Assembly (NCBI GenBank): GCA_050230475.1
Contig: JBFLGF010000161.1
Coordinates: 1 to 64,000, forward strand
Direction: 5' to 3'
Length of the DNA stretch: 64,000 nt
From: Ancylonema sp.
Taxonomy: Eukaryota
The translations under genes and the position numbers were made by a program. The notes under the pieces were generated by a model. That model saw only the letters and a list, made by a program, of their open reading frames with translations, was not told the DNA's origin and did not search any database. Positions 54,884 through 64,000 of this stretch are shown in pieces (within the stretch, counting starts at the first letter, position 1; every line of letters starts with the position of its first letter).

Positions 54884-57800
54884 CATATATGTAAATAATC
54901 ATTACAATCAGATACAGATGTATATCATTGTGAGTAATTATCATTGGTTTGTTGTAAGTAATTATGCGGTGGAAAATTATAAGTAGGTGTTTGTGTGGCG
55001 ATTGTGAGGCATTGGAGGGCAGGGGTTGCTGATGCGGGTACGGTTAACCTTTGGGAACAGGGTGTGGCTTGCGTTGCCGTCACCTTCACCGTCGGGGGGC
55101 TCAGCGTTCTCAACGCCATCGCAGGAGCGTACAGGTATGTATGCCTGGAGCATAAGGGAGCATGAGGAACCATAAGAGACCATAAGGGAGACTGCAATCT
55201 CGAGATCCATTCTGTCAGTCGCTACCATCCCTCAACTATTCACCCAGTGCCTGCTCTTACCGCGGCTGTCACAGACTGCAAATGTCGAAACAGACAGCCG
55301 GATTAGACGGGAATAAGCAATGGGAGGAGTTGTGGAAAGCACAATCTGGATATGACCCCCCCTCTATCTCTCTCTCTCTCTCTCTGTTTGGGTGAGCAGT
55401 GAGAACCTTCCGGTGATTTGCATCGTGGGCGGCCCCAACAGCAACGACTACGGCACCAGCAGCATCCTGCACCACACCATAGGGCTGCCAGACTTCACGC
55501 AAGAGCTCACCTGCTTCAAACAAGTCACCTGCGCACAGGTGCACTCCACACACTCACCTCTCACCACGTCTGTCGGGCCTGTGCAAAAGAAGAAGCACAA
55601 TCAGTTATTGAAAGAAAAAATAAAGAAAAAAAAAAAAAAAAACTTTGTGTACTGCTTACGTGCCAATTCTGTCCTTGTTGAAGAAGCTTAATTTCTAAGA
55701 GTAGGGATTTCCGGATGGGAGGCGCTGATGTGGCACTCATCGCTGCAATGCCAGTCACTGAAGCTCATAGGTGTTCGCAGCGCTCAGCTGTGAGATAGGA
55801 CGTACCTCGGTACATCTGACGCGTCAGGTCTGTTCGGCAGGCAGTGATCAGCGACCTCGATTCCGCCCACGAGAAGATCGACTTCCTCATCTCGGCCGCT
55901 CTCAAACACAGCAAGCCGGTATACATGTGCGTGAGCTGCAACCTGGCAGGACTGGGCCATCCCAGCTTCGGGCACACCCCTGTACCGTACCACCTCAGCT
56001 CGAGGTAGGGGGGGGGGAGAAGGAGGTAGGGTGCATCGGGGACTGGGAGTCGAAAACTTCAGTTTAGCATGGAAATGGACCTAGGATCGACTCCATTTAT
56101 TAGACTGCATCAAGCCTAGCGCAGACCCTGAAGTGATGTTCATGTGGTGGCAATGGAGGTATCGATGTCTTCAATGTGTACGTGAAAATGAAAGGATCCG
56201 AGAGCAGTGCCGCCCCTCTTCACCTCTGGTGTCTTGTTCCAGGACAAGCAACCGCCAGAGCTTGGAGGCTGCCGTGAAGTGTGCGTCAGACTTTCTGAAC
56301 AAGGCGGTGAAGCCGGTCCTGGTGGGCGGACCGAACCTGCGGGTGGCCAAAGCGCAGAATGCATTTTTGCGGTTGGCAGACGCCTCCGAATTCGGCACGG
56401 CACTCATGCCGTCGGCGAAAGGCCAGTTTTCGGAAACGCACCCGCACTTCCTGGGGACGTACTGGGGGCCCGTCTCCTCCCCCTTCTGTATGGAAATCGT
56501 TGAGACTGCCGACGCTTATCTGTTCGCGGGGCCGCTATTCAATGACTACAGCTCAGTGGGGTACTCGCTGCTGATCAAGAAGGAGAAGATGATACGGGTT
56601 GACGTGGATCGGGTGACGGTGGGGGGCCAGGAGACGTACGGATGTGTCCTCATGGCTGACTTCTTAGAGGGTCTGGCTGCAGCCGTCACCCCAAATAGGA
56701 CTGCTGTGGAAAACTATGAACGGATCTTCGTACCCATGGGGGTGCCCCCCAAAGGGTGAGAAAGACGTGCCGCTGCGAACCAACATCTTGTTTCAGCACA
56801 TCCAGGTGGGGCCCACTTTTAGGGTTGGGAATTTCACTCGAGGTTGGTCGACGCTCTGGTATTTCAAAGTGAGTAGGGCTCATTTTTTTGCCATCATCAT
56901 TGTTTGGTTGACCACATCGACGGTCGTGTGTCCTTCATCGGATGCTGACGTGGCGTGGTGCCTGGCGGCGTGTGCAGAGCATGCTGAGTGGTGAGTCAGC
57001 GGAGATTGCGGAGACCGGTGACTCGTGGTTCACCTGCCAGCAACTCAATCTGCCACCTGGATGCAGGTGAGTGACTCACCCCCCTGTACCTCTCTGGTAT
57101 AAGCACGCGGCACACACAGCGCCTGCTGTGGTGACTGTATGCAGGTACGAGTTCCAGATGCAGTATGGCAGCATTGGGTGGGCAGTGGGGGCCACCTTGG
57201 GGTATGCTCAGGCCGCCAAGGAGAAGAGAGTGATAGCGTGCATCGGGGACGGGTCCTTCCAGGTAGTTTCGGGAGGGCGCTCTTATGGTGCCCATAGGAT
57301 GGTGCTTGTATCGAGGGTGTCAACAAGATCCTTGTGCTTGTAGATTCTCCCGACCAATCCAGCTGAAAGAGGATGGGCTCATTTCATTTCTCAAACAAAG
57401 ATGTGAAGAGGGGTCCGTATCCGTCAAAAGAAGTGTCGAGAAGTGTTTGCTGCACCCAGTTCGAAGACGCTTCTCCCTCTTCGAACCCAGATGTGAACCA
57501 TTCTTATGGTCAATGGGTGTGCCCTTGTGTTCAGGTCACGGCCCAAGACGTGTCCACCATGATGCGCTACGGGCAGAAGACAATCATATTTCTTATCAAC
57601 AATGGGGGGTACACTATCGAGGTCGAGATCCATGACGGCCCTTATAACGTGATTCACAATTGGAACTACACGGCAATGGTGGAGGCCATAAGCAACGGAC
57701 AAGGCGCATGCTGGACAGCGAAGGTACGTCACTCAAGGCTTATGGGAGCGGGAGGAATGATGCGTGATAGTGACCACCCGTTTGGAATGGACAAAAAGAT

Positions 57801-58399
57801 ATGTATGGAGGAGAGCAAGGATTTCATTTGATCATCAAATATGAACGACGCTTCTGTGCTTCTTTTTGTAGAACGCAATCCGTATATGATCTGTGTGTCC
57901 TCCAAGGGGTCTTTACCTCGATTACACGCTAGTAGAGCTGTGCATCCCACCCACCGACCCACTCGCCCACCCGAATTCTCCGACATTGCATCCACATTGG
58001 ATCGCAACTGCAAGTGGGCATGTGGGAATTGGGTGGCTGGGGTGGACAATTTGGCCATTTTGCCACCCTAGTGGGTAGTACCCACCCACCCACACCCGAT
58101 ACGCACCGCGGGCGGGGTACAACGCTAGATGCTAGGATGTGAAGGGGTGTGGCCGTCCATGGGTGGTGTGAGAGAAGCTTAACCATTTCAGTATTTGTGG
58201 TCACGACACTGTTGATTGGCTCACGCAGGTGAAAACGGAGGAGCAACTAGAGGAGGCCATCAAAACAGCTCTAGGACCAAAAGCCGATCACTTTTGCTTC
58301 ATCGAAGTGGTAGTGCACCGTGACGACACGAGTCGAGAGTTGTTGGAGTGGGGCTCGCGAGTGAGTGCAGCCAACAACAGGCCGCCAAACCCACAATGA
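53460..58399 (+). CDS. PDC: Pyruvate decarboxylase (TPP-dependent), multi-exon; 1-nt frameshift near 56755
   Basis: [31 protein letters not shown] / [18 protein letters not shown] / VTFTVGGLS / [15 protein letters not shown] / AETGDSWF / [19 protein letters not shown] / [17 protein letters not shown] / [19 protein letters not shown]. Confidence 0.97.
54610..54895. repeat. AT-rich low-complexity/(AT)n tract in a PDC intron
   Basis: Direct reading. Confidence 0.9.
57933..58127. mobile_element. Possible hAT-type MITE in the last PDC intron
   Basis: Ends tagagctgtgc / gtacaacgcta (reverse complement tagcgttgtac); flanking 8-mers cacgctag / gatgctag match at 6 of 8; repeated ccaccc/gggtgg motifs inside. 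Confidence 0.45.
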
Positions 58400-60318
58400 G
58401 GTGGGTGGGAGGAAGGGGGGACTGGAGGGAATGGGTAATGAGCGAGGAGTATAGTTCAGTGGTAGGATAATCTTATGAAGTCGCACGCAACCAAAATTGT
58501 CGGTTTGCGTTATCAGTATGTCCAAAGAGTATGTCCTTGTATGCATGTACAAAAACGAGTGGATCATCTTTTGTTAAAAACGATGTGTAAAATATTAGCC
58601 AAAGTGGTGCTAGAATGTGTATAGAGTTGACTTTTTGCCACACTTCTTTTGTCGGATATGATAATGGCGGCTTTGTGTATTCACGCGATAATTAAGTTCT
58701 GACGAAGTTTAACGAGTCGCGCGAATTAAACGAATCGAACTTAACGAATCCCGGAAATAATCGAATCAGACGGAAATATAGTCTGCGGCTGGGCACGCGC
58801 CGATCTCGGCATTACGTGCTCAACAGTCCGGGGCTGGGCACGCGTCACACTTAGCATTACACACTCAACATAAACAAAATTTAGCATGCGCGCTGACTCA
58901 CTATCATGCGCCTACACGCAATGCCGCGGTCCTGATACATTATTCCGCAAAACCCGCCGCAACCGTGAAAACCGTCACTAATCTAGCACGTCAAACTCAA
59001 GTCCAAATTTGACTACGTATCCCGACAACGTATCGAAACGAAACGAAAATACTCCGTCTATCGAAAAACCCGTTAACTACTACCCGGTTAATTCACTCGA
59101 CCAAACTCAACACTCGCATCATATACACCTTGGCATGTTTTTCAGCCATCTCTCACCACTACCCTCAACATGCATTTTTCAGGGATCTTCCCCACAGCAC
59201 ATGCCGCAATAGTCTTGATTGTCACGGTTGCTTGTATGATGTTAAGTGATATTTACAGGAAAGTTTGGGATTGGAGTGAAAGTGCTATGAGATGAATACA
59301 TGCCCCATGCACTACAAATGAAGGGAGAGCAGATCACAAGAAGCCAAAATTTTACTATATGATGGGTTCAAGCAAGGGAAAACTTGTGGTGTGCTTGGAT
59401 GTTTTTTCTTCACTATAAACCTTGATTCATCCCACTTTTTAAATACCCTGAAAGGCTCTGAGTCCAGACCTCCACTTTATTTTTTTGGGGTCCTATTCGG
59501 ACCGAGCTCCGAGACCCGGTCCCAGACGGATCTCGGGTCTCTGCGTAACTCTGATAATCATTGATTCGTATCGTTTTCCTATGATGGAGCATGATTCGAC
59601 CGAATTCCACTAAAATTGCATGAATTTGTGCAAAATTACCTACTTTACAATCTGGGTTGAGTTGACATTTGGCAAGTAAGAATTGAACATAAATCGAGTA
59701 AAATGACCTCAATATGAGAATACTAGGCAACACGGAGACAAAAACAAATCAGCACAATTTCCCTATGTTTTACCGAAAACATTGTCAAATAATATTTCCT
59801 CATGACATAACCAAAGCCAAGACAAACAAGATGCTCTTGCCTCTAGTATTTCCATAACTACAAAATAATGTCATGATTTTGCAAATCGAGGCTCATCATG
59901 TGACGACTAGCAGACTTGTCATACGCTCATTTGCGCGAACTATGCAGCGATGTGCGCAATGAAACAACGATACAACTTTTATGATGTAGTTGCATACGTG
60001 TTTGGAAACAACTTGCTTTTGATAGCTTACAAACAAAAAAGCGTTGCATGCACATGTCAAATCTAATCGCAGGTAGGTGATACCAGCATATCAAGTCGCA
60101 CTAAGTTGCCCTAAAACATTCTCTCTGCGTGGAGAGGCTAAAATCCTCCACTTATAGAAGGTTGTCTCATCAATAAACCTTCTATAAGTTTCACAAATAA
60201 CGATACGATGATGTACAAGCAAGAATCTCATGGGACGGGCTGCCCAGTCGGTTCGCCTCTCACCCATCCTTTAAGGGCGTATTCGAATAAATGTATGAAT
60301 GAACGATCGACCTCGACT

Positions 60319-63843
<3,525 letters not shown>

Positions 63844-64000
63844 GGAGTGACGGTCGAGCGAAATTTTGTGCAAATTTTGTGGGGCGAAGGCTGTGCCAAT
63901 CTTGGTTGGTGTGGCTTCAGTCGAAGCTAGAAGTCAGGCTCGCTTCAACTGTGGCCTACGTGGCAAAGACTTATGGGGCCGAGGGAAGGAAGAAGTGGGT

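Overview
Eukaryotic nuclear DNA from a green plant lineage; plant-type TRA1, DAWDLE, PDC and DUF248 methyltransferase genes point to a streptophyte, and the divergence suggests a streptophyte alga or early-diverging land plant (inference). Genes have GT-AG introns. In order: diverged repeats and a weakly supported multi-exon gene of unknown function (1-6 kb); a LINE RT relic; an intron-containing, signal-peptide-bearing bacterial-type PstS phosphate-binding protein with an upstream P1BS motif (9.1-10.9 kb, the most unusual gene and a horizontal-transfer candidate); coatomer beta (-); DAWDLE/SNIP1 FHA protein (+); an almost identical 3.7 kb tandem duplication carrying a CPYC glutaredoxin with an in-frame TAG just before the active site in both copies; a 17 kb TRRAP/Tra1 gene (+); a truncated Copia element; several MITEs; pyruvate decarboxylase (+); and a PMT/DUF248 methyltransferase (-). 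Several conserved genes carry 1-nt frameshifts or in-frame stops, so residual assembly error is likely and pseudogene calls need raw-read checks. Exon boundaries and homologies were assigned by eye and from recalled family motifs; no searches were run.
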